A DNA stretch of 32,000 nt. Origin: Mesobacillus jeotgali (GTDB lineage: Bacteria > Bacillota > Bacilli > Bacillales > Cytobacillaceae). Location of the stretch: assembly GCF_002874535.1 (NCBI RefSeq), contig NZ_CP025025.1:883526-915525 (forward strand), written 5' to 3'. Within the stretch, counting starts at the first letter, position 1. Each line of letters begins with the position of its first letter. Made by a program: the position numbers and the translations under genes. Below the pieces are notes generated by a model, which was given only the letters and a program-made list of their open reading frames with translations, did not search any database and was not told where the DNA came from. Positions 8,111 to 16,459 of this stretch are shown piece after piece.

Positions 8111-9500
8111 GAAGCCACAAAAAAGCCTTTATGTAACGATAACGAAAATGGTCCCGGCTGTTTTGACAGCATTAATTTCCACGGGGCTTGGTTTTATAGC
8201 TTTATACACTTCTCCGGTACCGATGATACAGGATTTTGGCAAGATGTTAACTTTAGGGATGATTGTCAGTTTTATAGTAGGGTTATTCCTATTGATTCCA
8301 ATATTATTTATCAGAGACCATCATTTTAAAAGTGAAGGGAATAAAAAGAAACAAACAAGATTAAAGGCTAAAAAGGGAGACGGATTTTTCAATTGGTTTA
8401 CAAAGCACTTGATAACGCTAAGGTGGTTGATCGTTATTATTGCTTTCTTATCAGCGGGTTTTGGGATTTGGGCTGATTTAAAGGCAGGAGTCGAAACTGA
8501 TGTTGAAAAATTTATGCCACAGGATACGCAGGAGTTAAAGGATATTCATAGATTGAGGGATATTCTCGGCAGTACTGATTCAATTTCGGTTGTGTATGAA
8601 GCCGATGATGTGTCATCAACTGAGGTTATGGATTGGGCAGATGAAATAACCGGAAGAGTAGACAGAGAGTTTCCAGAAACCATTGTAGAATCACGCTCAA
8701 TCACAACTGCACTTCGACAAATGAATGATGGAGAACTTCCAGAACCACATGGGATAGAAGAAAAATTGGCGGAAATGCCAGAGGAACAGAAAAAGCTGAT
8801 GATGAATGAAGAGAGGACAAAGGGCGTTATCACTATAAGTATTAAGCATCTAGAGGCAGAGGAACTTAAGGAATTCATTAATGACCTAATGGACTTTTTA
8901 GAAGCGAAAGAAATAGAAGGAATCGAAACAACGGTTACTGGAAAGGCGGTGCTGGATGTTGAAATGGTTACAGCATTGACTACAGGAAGGTACAAAATGA
9001 CATTGCTAGGAATGGGCCTTGTATTCCTTGGTTTGTTAATTGCCTATCGCCATCCAGTAAAAGCATTCATCCCATTGCTGCCCATCATCCTGATTGTAGG
9101 GTGGTCAGGAGCTGCAATGTCTTTATTGGATATTAAATATACTCCGTTAACTGCTACACTTGGCGCATTGATTATCGGAATCGGCACAGAATTTACTATC
9201 CTGATTATGGAGCGCTTTTATGAAGAGCGTAAAAAAGGCAGAAACAGCAGAGAAGCCATTATGATTACGAACCGAAAAACAGGGAAGGCTATCCTTGCAT
9301 CTGCCTTTACAACAATAGGCGGTTTTACCGCGCTGCTAATTTCCGATTTTGTCATCTTGAGCAACTTCGGCTTGATGACTTTAATAAATATTTTCCTGGC
9401 ACTGTTTAGTACAATTGTAGTTATGCCTGCCATCTTGATTATTCTTGACCGTTTTGTGAAAATAAGACATATAAGGGAGAATGAATTAGCAGTAAACTAG
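8103..9500 (+). CDS. MMPL/RND-superfamily transporter, C-terminal part (TM5-6 plus second MMPL half)
   Basis: ATG at 8103 (or GTG 8097) lies 5 nt after GAGGAGGG and overlaps the upstream stop. The product starts with the segment expected right after RYSEE in intact MMPL proteins (AVLTALISTGLGFIALYTSPVPMIQDFG). It also contains the second repeat, LGALIIGIGTEFTILIMERFYEERKKG. Confidence 0.7.
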   Translation: MNKKPQKSLYVTITKMVPAVLTALISTGLGFIALYTSPVPMIQDFGKMLTLGMIVSFIVGLFLLIPILFIRDHHFKSEGNKKKQTRLKAKKGDGFFNWFTKHLITLRWLIVIIAFLSAGFGIWADLKAGVETDVEKFMPQDTQELKDIHRLRDILGSTDSISVVYEADDVSSTEVMDWADEITGRVDREFPETIVESRSITTALRQMNDGELPEPHGIEEKLAEMPEEQKKLMMNEERTKGVITISIKHLEAEELKEFINDLMDFLEAKEIEGIETTVTGKAVLDVEMVTALTTGRYKMTLLGMGLVFLGLLIAYRHPVKAFIPLLPIILIVGWSGAAMSLLDIKYTPLTATLGALIIGIGTEFTILIMERFYEERKKGRNSREAIMITNRKTGKAILASAFTTIGGFTALLISDFVILSNFGLMTLINIFLALFSTIVVMPAILIILDRFVKIRHIRENELAVN

Positions 9501-9510
9501 GGGTGGCAGA

Positions 9511-10074
9511 ATGAGGGACAAGACGGAACAAATTTTGAATGCAGCAATGAAGGTTTTTGTGAAAAAAGGGCTGCAGGCTACAACCCAGGAAATAGCAAAG
9601 GAAGCAGACGTGGCTGAGGTAACGCTGTTTCGGAAATTCACCAATAAACAAAACCTGTTTTTAACGGTCATCAAGAATGTTCTGGAAAAACAATTTGATT
9701 CCCAAATTGCCAGGTTGGCAAAATTAGAGGATACTGAAGCTTTTCTAATAAAGATCATTGAAAATAGGCTGGACACACTATCAAAAAATTCATCCCTGGT
9801 CAGAATGCTCATTTCCGAAAGCTTGATGGGGAATTTAGATGAAGAAGTCGATTTGCCTAATATGATCTTTTCCAGCCTTGAAAAAGGTTTGAAGCTACAC
9901 TATGAGAACTTGGGGCAAAAAGTTGATACAGGGCTTGCTGCAAGGCATCTAGGAGGAATTTTTGTCAGCCAGGTTATCTTCAAGAATGATCGCCCCTTTC
10001 ATTTATTAAATGAAGAAGAAAAGTATTTACTGGCAAGGAAGTATGCTCAATCGGTACTGGCAATTATTAAATAA
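9511..10074 (+). CDS. TetR/AcrR-family transcriptional regulator
   Basis: 187 aa. The N-terminal HTH EQILNAAMKVFVKKGLQATTQEIAKEADVAEVTLFRKF is typical TetR. It starts 11 nt after the MMPL stop, so it is probably co-transcribed. Confidence 0.85.
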   Translation: MRDKTEQILNAAMKVFVKKGLQATTQEIAKEADVAEVTLFRKFTNKQNLFLTVIKNVLEKQFDSQIARLAKLEDTEAFLIKIIENRLDTLSKNSSLVRMLISESLMGNLDEEVDLPNMIFSSLEKGLKLHYENLGQKVDTGLAARHLGGIFVSQVIFKNDRPFHLLNEEEKYLLARKYAQSVLAIIK

Positions 10075-10087
10075 TCTTTAATGCAAA

Positions 10088-10114
10088 GGATTGGGGAGAA
10101 CCCAATTCTTTTTT
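10088..10114 (+). terminator. Rho-independent terminator after the MMPL-TetR unit
   Basis: GGATTGGG-gagaa-CCCAATTC stem followed by TTTTTT. Confidence 0.65.
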
Positions 10115-10226
10115 CTATCTATTTTTTATATTTATTGAAACTATGAGTTTTGTGTAAAAAAGTCCGAAGATAACTAAACATATGTAAAGTTTTGGTGTTA
10201 TATGAACATTTTGTTCTTTTTTAAAA

Positions 10227-10240
10227 TGTAAATGTTTTCA
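10227..10240 (+). promoter_or_regulatory. cre-like (CcpA) site upstream of deoR
   Basis: TGTAAATGTTTTCA matches TGWAANCGNTNWCA at 13/14 positions. It sits inside a 19-mer shared with the nupC leader. Confidence 0.4.
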
Positions 10241-10300
10241 TTCGTATTTTTTGCTAAAATGAATGTATTGAATTTAAGTCATTTCCAAGGGTGATCACGA

Positions 10301-11239
10301 ATGGAAAAAGAAAAATTATTGAAGATAATCGAGGCAGCTAAGCTTTATTACTTACTTGATTATAACCAGAATGATATTGCCAGAGAGTTGGGAGTATCGA
10401 GGCCGACAGTATCAAGGTTCCTGCAGATCGCAAAGCAGGAGGGCATTGTCGATATCAAAATCATGGACCCGACAGAGGATGTAGAGAATTTGTCAGCGCA
10501 ACTTGAACAAAAGTTTGGGTTGAAAAAGGCAATCGTCACCCATATTCCACAATATGAGGACAGTGTAATCAAAACATATCTCGGGGAGAAGGCCGCTGCT
10601 TTCTTGAATGAAGTGGTAGAACATGATGATATTATCGGTGTCACTTGGGGCACGACCCTTTATCATGTCGCGCTCGAACTTAAGCAGAAGCCGTGCAAGA
10701 ATGTCAAGGTCGTTCAGTTGAAGGGCGGAGTCAGCCATTCTGAAACGAACACGTACGCGAATGAAATACTGTATTTATTCGGCAAGGCTTTCAATAGTGC
10801 ACCTCATCATCTCCCGTTGCCGGCGATCGTTGATCATGTCGTGGTAAAACAGGCAATGGAAGCGGACAGGCATATCAAAAAGATCCTGGAGATGGGGAAG
10901 CAATCGAACATTGCAGTCTATACAATCGGCCCGATAAAGTCTGAATCATTATTGTTCCAGTTAGGGTACTTTACAGAAGAAGATCTGCAAGTCATATATT
11001 CAAAAGCTGTAGGCGATATATGTTCGCGTTTTTTTGATAAAGATGGGAAGGTTTGCAACGAAAATCTGGATGCGAGAACTTTAGGGATAGAACTTGAAGA
11101 GTTAAAATCGAAAAAATATTCAGTATTGGTTGCAGGCGGAGCTCACAAAATAGATGGTATTTATGGAGCTTTAAAGGGGAAGTATACAAATGTACTTGTA
11201 ACGGACCAATTCACTGCAAAATTCTTGTTAGATAAGTAA
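10301..11239 (+). CDS. deoR: SorC/DeoR-type deoxyribonucleoside regulator
   Basis: 312 aa. AAKLYYLLDYNQNDIARELGVSRPTVSRFLQIAKQEGIVDIKIMDP...GVTWGTTLY...VVQLKGG...GDICSRFFD...VLVAGG is collinear with B. subtilis DeoR. It lies upstream of nupC. Confidence 0.85.
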   Translation: MEKEKLLKIIEAAKLYYLLDYNQNDIARELGVSRPTVSRFLQIAKQEGIVDIKIMDPTEDVENLSAQLEQKFGLKKAIVTHIPQYEDSVIKTYLGEKAAAFLNEVVEHDDIIGVTWGTTLYHVALELKQKPCKNVKVVQLKGGVSHSETNTYANEILYLFGKAFNSAPHHLPLPAIVDHVVVKQAMEADRHIKKILEMGKQSNIAVYTIGPIKSESLLFQLGYFTEEDLQVIYSKAVGDICSRFFDKDGKVCNENLDARTLGIELEELKSKKYSVLVAGGAHKIDGIYGALKGKYTNVLVTDQFTAKFLLDK

Positions 11240-11276
11240 GGATTCGGTGAATAGAGCAAAGCCATAAGATACAAAC

Positions 11277-11314
11277 AAATACCCGATAGGTTTGAGGCCT
11301 TTGCGGGTATTTTT
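11277..11314 (+). terminator. Probable terminator after deoR
   Basis: AAATACCCG...CGGGTATTT 9-bp stem with an 18-nt loop, followed by TTTTG. Confidence 0.5.
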
Positions 11315-11423
11315 GTCGAAATGGTGAAAAGGTATAAATTTCATTTTACATTTGTTCAAAAACATATTTACAAAAGTTCTTTATTTCTGATATATTTGCT
11401 ATAGAAAGTTTGAAGTAAACAAA

Positions 11424-11437
11424 TGTAAACGTTTTAT
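11424..11437 (+). promoter_or_regulatory. cre-like site in nupC upstream region (weaker)
   Basis: TGTAAACGTTTTAT matches the cre consensus at 12/14 positions. Confidence 0.35.
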
Positions 11438-11458
11438 TGAAATTTTTTTCATATCATT

Positions 11459-11472
11459 TGTAAACGGTAACA
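11459..11472 (+). promoter_or_regulatory. cre (CcpA catabolite-responsive element) ahead of nupC
   Basis: TGTAAACGGTAACA fits TGWAANCGNTNWCA at 14/14 positions, 40 nt before the nupC start. The B. subtilis dra-nupC-pdp operon is known to be CcpA-repressed. Confidence 0.6.
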
Positions 11473-11511
11473 ACAGTTCAAGCAAATATCACAACAAGAG
11501 GTGGGTCAATA

Positions 11512-12726
11512 ATGAATATCTTATGGGGTTTAATGGGGATTGCAGTCGTTTTGGGAATAGCATTTATTTTCTCGAATAACAAAAAATCCATCAATTTTAG
11601 GACAATCCTTGGCGGGTTGGCAATCCAATTCATTTTCGCGTTCTTAGTATTGAAATGGGAAACAGGTAAACTCTTACTTAAAAAGCTTTCACTTGGTGTC
11701 AATGAAATCGTCAACTATACAGACGCTGGTGTGCAATTCCTGTTCGGCGGATTGTTCCAGGCCGAAAATATTGGCTTTGTATTCGCTTTCCAAGTATTAA
11801 CGGTTGTAATTTTCTTCTCTTCTTTAATTTCTGTGCTTTACTACCTGGGAATCATGCAAGTAATCATCAAGATCCTGGGCGGAGCGCTTTCTAAATTGCT
11901 GGGAACGAGCAAGGCTGAATCACTATCAGCTGCAGCTAACATTTTCGTAGGCCAGACAGAAGCACCACTTGTTGTTAAGCCTTACATTGCGAAAATGACT
12001 CAGTCAGAGCTATTTGCCATCATGGTTGGGGGCTTGGCTTCTGTAGCAGGTTCCGTATTGATTGGTTACTCACTATTGGGGGTTCCGTTAGAATACCTTC
12101 TTGCAGCAAGCTTCATGGCTGCGCCGGCAGGTTTGGTACTTGCTAAAATTATGATACCGGAAACAGAGAAATCTGAGTCATCTGATGAACTGAAGATGGA
12201 AAAAGATACGGATTCAGTTAACGTGATCGATGCTGCCGCAAAGGGTGCTAGCACAGGTCTCCAGTTGGCATTGAATATCGGTGCCATGTTGCTTGCATTC
12301 ATCGCATTGATTGCCTTGATCAATGGGCTTCTTGGATTCGTTGGTGGATTCTTCGGAGCTGGAAACATAACTCTTGAAACAATCCTTGGCTTTGTATTCG
12401 CGCCACTCGCTTTCGCTATCGGCGTACCTTGGGATGAAGCTGTAAAAGCTGGCGGATTCATTGGTCAAAAGTTAATCTTGAATGAATTTGTAGCATATTC
12501 TTCATTTGCACCACAAATTGAACAATTATCTGCAAAAACAGTTGCAATCATCAGCTTCGCGCTTTGTGGATTCGCAAACGTATCTTCAATGGGTATCCTG
12601 CTTGGCGGACTTGGAAGCCTTGCGCCAAACCGTCGCGGAGACATCGCTAGAATGGGTGTAAGAGCTGTTGTCGCAGGTATGCTTGCATCACTTTTAAGTG
12701 CAGCAATGGCAGGTATGCTTCTATAA
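11512..12726 (+). CDS. nupC: Concentrative nucleoside transporter (CNT family) NupC
   Basis: ATG follows AAGAGGTGGG. 404 aa, polytopic. SLSAAANIFVGQTEAPLVVKPY and LCGFANVSSMGILLGGLGSLAP are CNT/NupC signature blocks. Confidence 0.9.
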   Translation: MNILWGLMGIAVVLGIAFIFSNNKKSINFRTILGGLAIQFIFAFLVLKWETGKLLLKKLSLGVNEIVNYTDAGVQFLFGGLFQAENIGFVFAFQVLTVVIFFSSLISVLYYLGIMQVIIKILGGALSKLLGTSKAESLSAAANIFVGQTEAPLVVKPYIAKMTQSELFAIMVGGLASVAGSVLIGYSLLGVPLEYLLAASFMAAPAGLVLAKIMIPETEKSESSDELKMEKDTDSVNVIDAAAKGASTGLQLALNIGAMLLAFIALIALINGLLGFVGGFFGAGNITLETILGFVFAPLAFAIGVPWDEAVKAGGFIGQKLILNEFVAYSSFAPQIEQLSAKTVAIISFALCGFANVSSMGILLGGLGSLAPNRRGDIARMGVRAVVAGMLASLLSAAMAGMLL

Positions 12727-12736
12727 AAAGGTGAAA

Positions 12737-12766
12737 AGAGAGGGACTTAGTCCTTCTCTTTTTTTG
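12737..12766 (+). terminator. Rho-independent terminator after nupC
   Basis: AGAGAGGGAC-tta-GTCCTTCTCT stem followed by TTTTTTT. Confidence 0.75.
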
Positions 12767-12812
12767 CGTTAAGTTATAATAGAGGAAAATGGACTGAAAG
12801 TCGTGATGAAAA

Positions 12813-13568
12813 ATGTGTTTGATTTTATTTGCTTACAAAGCGCATCCGAAGTATAAGCTGATTGTCGCTGCCAATCGGGATGAAGCATATGCCCGGGAAA
12901 CTGCGCCGGCTTATTTTTGGGAAGAAGCGCCAGAACTGCTAGCCGGGCGGGATCTTGAAAAAATGGGAACATGGATGGGAGTGACGACTTCGGGAAAGTT
13001 TGCTGCCCTGACCAATTATCGTGACCCAAGTGAAACCACGGATGGGAAAAGAACAAGAGGGGAGCTTGTTGCAGATTTTCTGAAAGGGACAGATAATCCG
13101 CAGGCCTATTTAGATGAGTTGAACCATCGTCGACATGAATATCCGGGTTATAATCTGCTAGCAGGGGATTTGGAGGAGCTTTATTATTATTCCAACCGTG
13201 GAGGGCCCTTGCAAAAAATTGAGCCTGGCATTCATGGTGTCAGCAACCACTTGCTTAATACGGACTGGCCAAAGGTAGAACGAGGGAAGGCGGGGCTTGC
13301 CAGCATTATTTCTGGAGAGCATCCACATCTGGTTGACCAGTTATTTGCCCATTTGGAAAATGCCGACCCTGCACCAGACCATCTGTTGCCTTCAACAGGA
13401 GTCTCGCTGGAGTGGGAGCGTTTGCTGTCACCGATGTTTATCAAAAGCGATGGATACGGGACGAGAAGCTCTACCGTCATATTGATCAATGAAAAAGAAA
13501 TCTATTTTAAGGAACGGGTTCATACAAAGGATCAGCGGTCAAATCAGGAATTTTTCATAACTTTGTGA
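12813..13568 (+). CDS. NRDE-family protein (DUF833/TANGO2-like)
   Basis: 251 aa starting MCLILFAYKAHPKYKLIVAANRDEAYARET. The Cys2 and NRDE motif are diagnostic of the family. Confidence 0.85.
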   Translation: MCLILFAYKAHPKYKLIVAANRDEAYARETAPAYFWEEAPELLAGRDLEKMGTWMGVTTSGKFAALTNYRDPSETTDGKRTRGELVADFLKGTDNPQAYLDELNHRRHEYPGYNLLAGDLEELYYYSNRGGPLQKIEPGIHGVSNHLLNTDWPKVERGKAGLASIISGEHPHLVDQLFAHLENADPAPDHLLPSTGVSLEWERLLSPMFIKSDGYGTRSSTVILINEKEIYFKERVHTKDQRSNQEFFITL

Positions 13569-13571
13569 AGC

Positions 13572-13612
13572 AAACACAGACAACCTCGAATGTGGTTGTC
13601 TGTGTTTTATTT
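13572..13612. terminator. Bidirectional terminator between convergent genes
   Basis: AAACACAGACAACC-N8-GGTTGTCTGTGTTT perfect 14-bp stem followed by T-rich tract. Confidence 0.8.
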
Positions 13613-13671
13613 TGTGAAATTTTTTAAATTATAGCATATTCGCGGTCTTCCCCAACTAATATGTTCTTTAT

Positions 13672-14637
13672 TTAGGCAAAGCTTTGCGTGGCTGCATTAA
13701 ATTCCGTTTTTAAATTTTCTATGATTGTCCTGACCGGAAGGATTTCTTTTATTTCACTCACCTTTGAGCCAGCAAAAACAAGGCCATTTTCCACATCACC
13801 GGCCACTGAGGTGAGCAGTGAGTCCAGTGTACAAAATTGATAGGAACAATTTTTCAGGCAATCACGACATTTTTTAATCCTGAGTTTATCTGAAGTGGTG
13901 ATTAGTTTAGTGAAATGATTGGCAATAGCCCGACCATGCAGTCCTACTGTGGTTTTCACCAGTATCGTGTCTTTTTCAGTGGCTGACACGTATTTCTCCT
14001 TGAAGCTTTGTGGAGCGTCACATTCATCACTGGCAACAAACCTCGTGCCCATTTGGACGCCGGAAGCTCCAAGGGACAGAGCCTTAGCGATATCGGCCCC
14101 AGTCATGATTCCTCCAGCAGCAATCACTGGGATGGACACAGACTCAACAATTTCAGGCAGTATGTCAAAAAGGGGCTTGTCCGTCCCAAGATGCCCGCCT
14201 GCTTCAAATCCTTCAACTACCACTGCAGCAGCACCAAGGCGCTCCGAGATTTTAGCTAGCTTGGCAGAGGAGACAATGGAAATGACCGGGATCCCAGCTT
14301 GCTTTCCCCATGAATACATATCTCGTGAAATTCCGGCTCCAGATATGATGAAATCAACTTTTTCATCTAGTGCAGCTTTCATTTTTTCAGCAAAATCATT
14401 CATCGCAAACAAAACATTTACCCCGATGTATCCATTACCCTGTGTTAGCTTTCTGGCTTTCCTGATATGCAGACGCATCTCCTCAACTGTAATCCCTGTT
14501 CCAGAGATGATACCAATTCCGCCTGCGTTTGCAACCGCTGATGCCAATCCGCTGAGTGAGATGCCTACCCCCATTCCGCCTTGCATTATTGGGACTCGTG
14601 GAACCATATGGCCAATCTTAAGTTTTGGCAAGTCCAT
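13672..14637 (-). CDS. Nitronate monooxygenase / FabK-like FMN oxidoreductase (NMO family)
   Basis: 321 aa. PIMQGGMGVGISLSGLASAVANAGGIGIISG...VVVEGFEAGGHLG...IPVIAAGGI...GASGVQMGTRF is the NMO (2-nitropropane dioxygenase-like) TIM-barrel pattern. Confidence 0.8.
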   Translation of the reverse strand: MDLPKLKIGHMVPRVPIMQGGMGVGISLSGLASAVANAGGIGIISGTGITVEEMRLHIRKARKLTQGNGYIGVNVLFAMNDFAEKMKAALDEKVDFIISGAGISRDMYSWGKQAGIPVISIVSSAKLAKISERLGAAAVVVEGFEAGGHLGTDKPLFDILPEIVESVSIPVIAAGGIMTGADIAKALSLGASGVQMGTRFVASDECDAPQSFKEKYVSATEKDTILVKTTVGLHGRAIANHFTKLITTSDKLRIKKCRDCLKNCSYQFCTLDSLLTSVAGDVENGLVFAGSKVSEIKEILPVRTIIENLKTEFNAATQSFA

Positions 14638-14754
14638 GCTAAAAAACCCCTTTCTAAATTTATTCCTTTGCAGTTTAACATGGAGAGTTATAAAAAGATG
14701 TGATTTTTAGCACCAGATACTATGTTTAGGTATAACTATTTGGTGGTAGTTTTG

Positions 14755-14791
14755 GGGCGAAAAAAAGACACAGAAACTGATTCTGCGTCTT
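14755..14791 (-). terminator. Rho-independent terminator after the aldo/keto reductase gene
   Basis: On the minus strand: AAGACGCAGAA-tcagt-TTCTGTGTCTT followed by TTTTTTT. Confidence 0.7.
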
Positions 14792-14805
14792 ATGTTTTAT
14801 TTAAA

Positions 14806-15636
14806 TTAAAAGTCGAAATTATCCGGATCTGGACCTACACGTTCATTTTTGTTTAAGCTGTTCAGGCGGTCCATATCGTCGGCAGAAAGTTCAAAATCGA
14901 AGATATCTGCATTTTCGATGATGCGATTTTCCTTGACCGATTTCGGAATTGTTACAACTTCGTTTTGTAAATCCCAGCGCAGGATCACTTGGGCTGGTGA
15001 TTTCTTGTGCTTTTCGGCGATTTCTGTGATTGTTGGTTCTGATAAAAGCTCGCCCTGCTTCAAGGGAGACCATGCTTCCATCTGGATGCCTTCGGCTTTG
15101 CAGAATTCAAGCAGCTCAGTCTGCGCCAGATGCGGATGGTACTCAACCTGGTTGACCATTGGCTTGATTTCAGCATCAGCCATCAAATCTTTAAGATGAT
15201 GAACATGGAAGTTGCTCACGCCAATGGCGCGGACTCTTCCATCTTTATAAAGCTTTTCGAGTGCCTTCCAGGTTTCTTTATACTTGCCGGCTACCGGCCA
15301 ATGAATCAGGTAAAGATCCAGGTATTCAAGTCCAAGCTTTTCCATGCTCGTCTCAAAAGCCTGAAGCGTTGATTCATAACCTTGGTCAGAATTCCACACC
15401 TTGGTCGTGATAAACAATTCTTCGCGAGGAACACCAGCTTCTTTGATTCCGAGGCCAACGCCCTCCTCGTTCCTGTAAACCGCTGCAGTATCAATGCTCT
15501 TGTAGCCATTTCTTAGCGCTGCTTTAACAGATTCTACAACTTCAGAACCTTCCTTGACCTTGAACACACCAAGGCCAAACCATGGCATCTTGACACCATT
15601 ATGTAATGTAGTAGTATCCTGGAGATTTTGTGGCAT
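14806..15636 (-). CDS. Aldo/keto reductase (YtbE/YvgN glyoxal-reductase-like)
   Basis: 276 aa. GYKSIDTAAVYRNEEGVG...LFITTKVWN...LDLYLIHWP...IGVSNF...IPKS...RIIEN are the AKR catalytic and cofactor motifs. An SD AAGGAGG precedes the ATG. Confidence 0.9.
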   Translation of the reverse strand: MPQNLQDTTTLHNGVKMPWFGLGVFKVKEGSEVVESVKAALRNGYKSIDTAAVYRNEEGVGLGIKEAGVPREELFITTKVWNSDQGYESTLQAFETSMEKLGLEYLDLYLIHWPVAGKYKETWKALEKLYKDGRVRAIGVSNFHVHHLKDLMADAEIKPMVNQVEYHPHLAQTELLEFCKAEGIQMEAWSPLKQGELLSEPTITEIAEKHKKSPAQVILRWDLQNEVVTIPKSVKENRIIENADIFDFELSADDMDRLNSLNKNERVGPDPDNFDF

Positions 15637-15748
15637 ATCATGCGCCTCCTTATCAATTCAATTGCTATTTTATTTTCTCATATTATATTATCACTAAAAA
15701 GTAATTGCACTTCCTAAGTGTAATAGCTTTTTTAAAGATGATTAAGTT

Positions 15749-16112
15749 GGAATCTTGACAGCTTTGGCCTAAGAACCTGAAAAGCTGTCAGAAAACCGGT
15801 GGAATCATGACAGGTTTGGTCCATGCACCTGAAAAGCTGTCAAAATAACGAAGGAATCATGACAGCTTTGGTCCATTCTCCAGAAAAGCTGTCAGAATAA
15901 CGTACGAATCATGACAGCTTTAGCTCATGCACCAGAAAAGCTGTCAAAATAACGATGGAATCATGACAGGTTTGGCCCATTCTCCAGAAAAGCTGTCAGA
16001 ATAACGGCGGAATCATGACAGCTTTAGCCCATTCTCCAGAAAAGCTGTCAGAAAAACGAAGGAATCATGACAGCTTTGGTTCAATCACCATAAAAGCTGT
16101 CAGATAAAGGGC
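15749..16112. repeat. Tandem array, 7 units of exactly 52 bp, each with a 10-bp inverted repeat
   Basis: Units start at 15749, 15801, 15853, 15905, 15957, 16009 and 16061. Consensus GGAATCATGACAGCTTTGGTCCATTCTCCAGAAAAGCTGTCAGAATAACGAA. TGACAGCTTT/AAAGCTGTCA pair both within units and across unit junctions. Confidence 0.9.
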
Positions 16113-16189
16113 TTTTATTCTTAAGATCAGGGTACATTTAAGATATAAAGGTAATTAAACACGGTTAAATGTGAAAGGAGATAGAAATT

Positions 16190-16417
16190 ATGATCATCAA
16201 AGTACTGGGTCCTGGTTGCGATAGGTGCAAAAGTCTTGAAGAGAGTATAAATGCTGCTGTAAGGGAAGCGGGTGTCGCAGCGGTCGTTGAAATGGTGGAA
16301 GATAATAAGGAAATCGAAAAGTATCAAGTGAAGAGTACGCCAGCTTTGGTCATTGATGAAAAAGTTGTTTCAGCGGGGAAACACCTGTCAGCACAAGAAG
16401 TGAAGACTTTATTTTAA
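16190..16417 (+). CDS. Thioredoxin-fold CxxC protein (redox-active disulfide protein 2 / glutaredoxin-like)
   Basis: 75 aa. MIIKVLGPGCDRCKSLEE...STPALVIDEKVV is the typical small thioredoxin-like family pattern. An SD AAAGGAG precedes the ATG. Confidence 0.8.
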   Translation: MIIKVLGPGCDRCKSLEESINAAVREAGVAAVVEMVEDNKEIEKYQVKSTPALVIDEKVVSAGKHLSAQEVKTLF

Positions 16418-16459
16418 ATCAAATCAGGCCTCATATCGTGGCCTGATTTGATTTTTTTT
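16416..16459. terminator. Bidirectional terminator overlapping the 3' end of the convergent membrane-protein gene
   Basis: AAATCAAATCAGGCC-N9-GGCCTGATTTGATTT perfect 15-bp stem followed by TTTTT. Confidence 0.8.

Noticed and set aside
8546-8995. 149-aa minus-strand ORF inside the MMPL gene
   Set aside because: It is antisense to a coding region with clear MMPL homology. It is a Ser-rich low-complexity shadow ORF.
13919-14710. 263-aa ORF on the + strand
   Set aside because: It is entirely antisense to the well-supported NMO-family gene. The product is low-complexity (Pro/Ser/Ala-rich) and there is no SD. It is a typical shadow ORF. The same applies to 14008..14259.
15755-16100. The 13-codon mini-ORFs (MTALVHSPEKLSE and variants) in each repeat unit, read as real peptides
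   Set aside because: The only SD-like sequence (AAGGA) lies 3 nt from the ATG. Unit 1 has TTG and an early stop. Unit 6 reads through its own stop position and unit 7 has an early stop. The apparent codon structure can be explained by the hairpin constraint. I mention it in the finding but do not call any CDS.
15749-16112. The 52-bp array read as a CRISPR locus (38-nt palindromic repeat plus 14-nt spacers)
   Set aside because: The spacers would be only about 14 nt and are clearly variants of one another rather than unique sequences. The period is perfectly constant. No cas genes or leader are nearby. It is better described as a tandem hairpin repeat.
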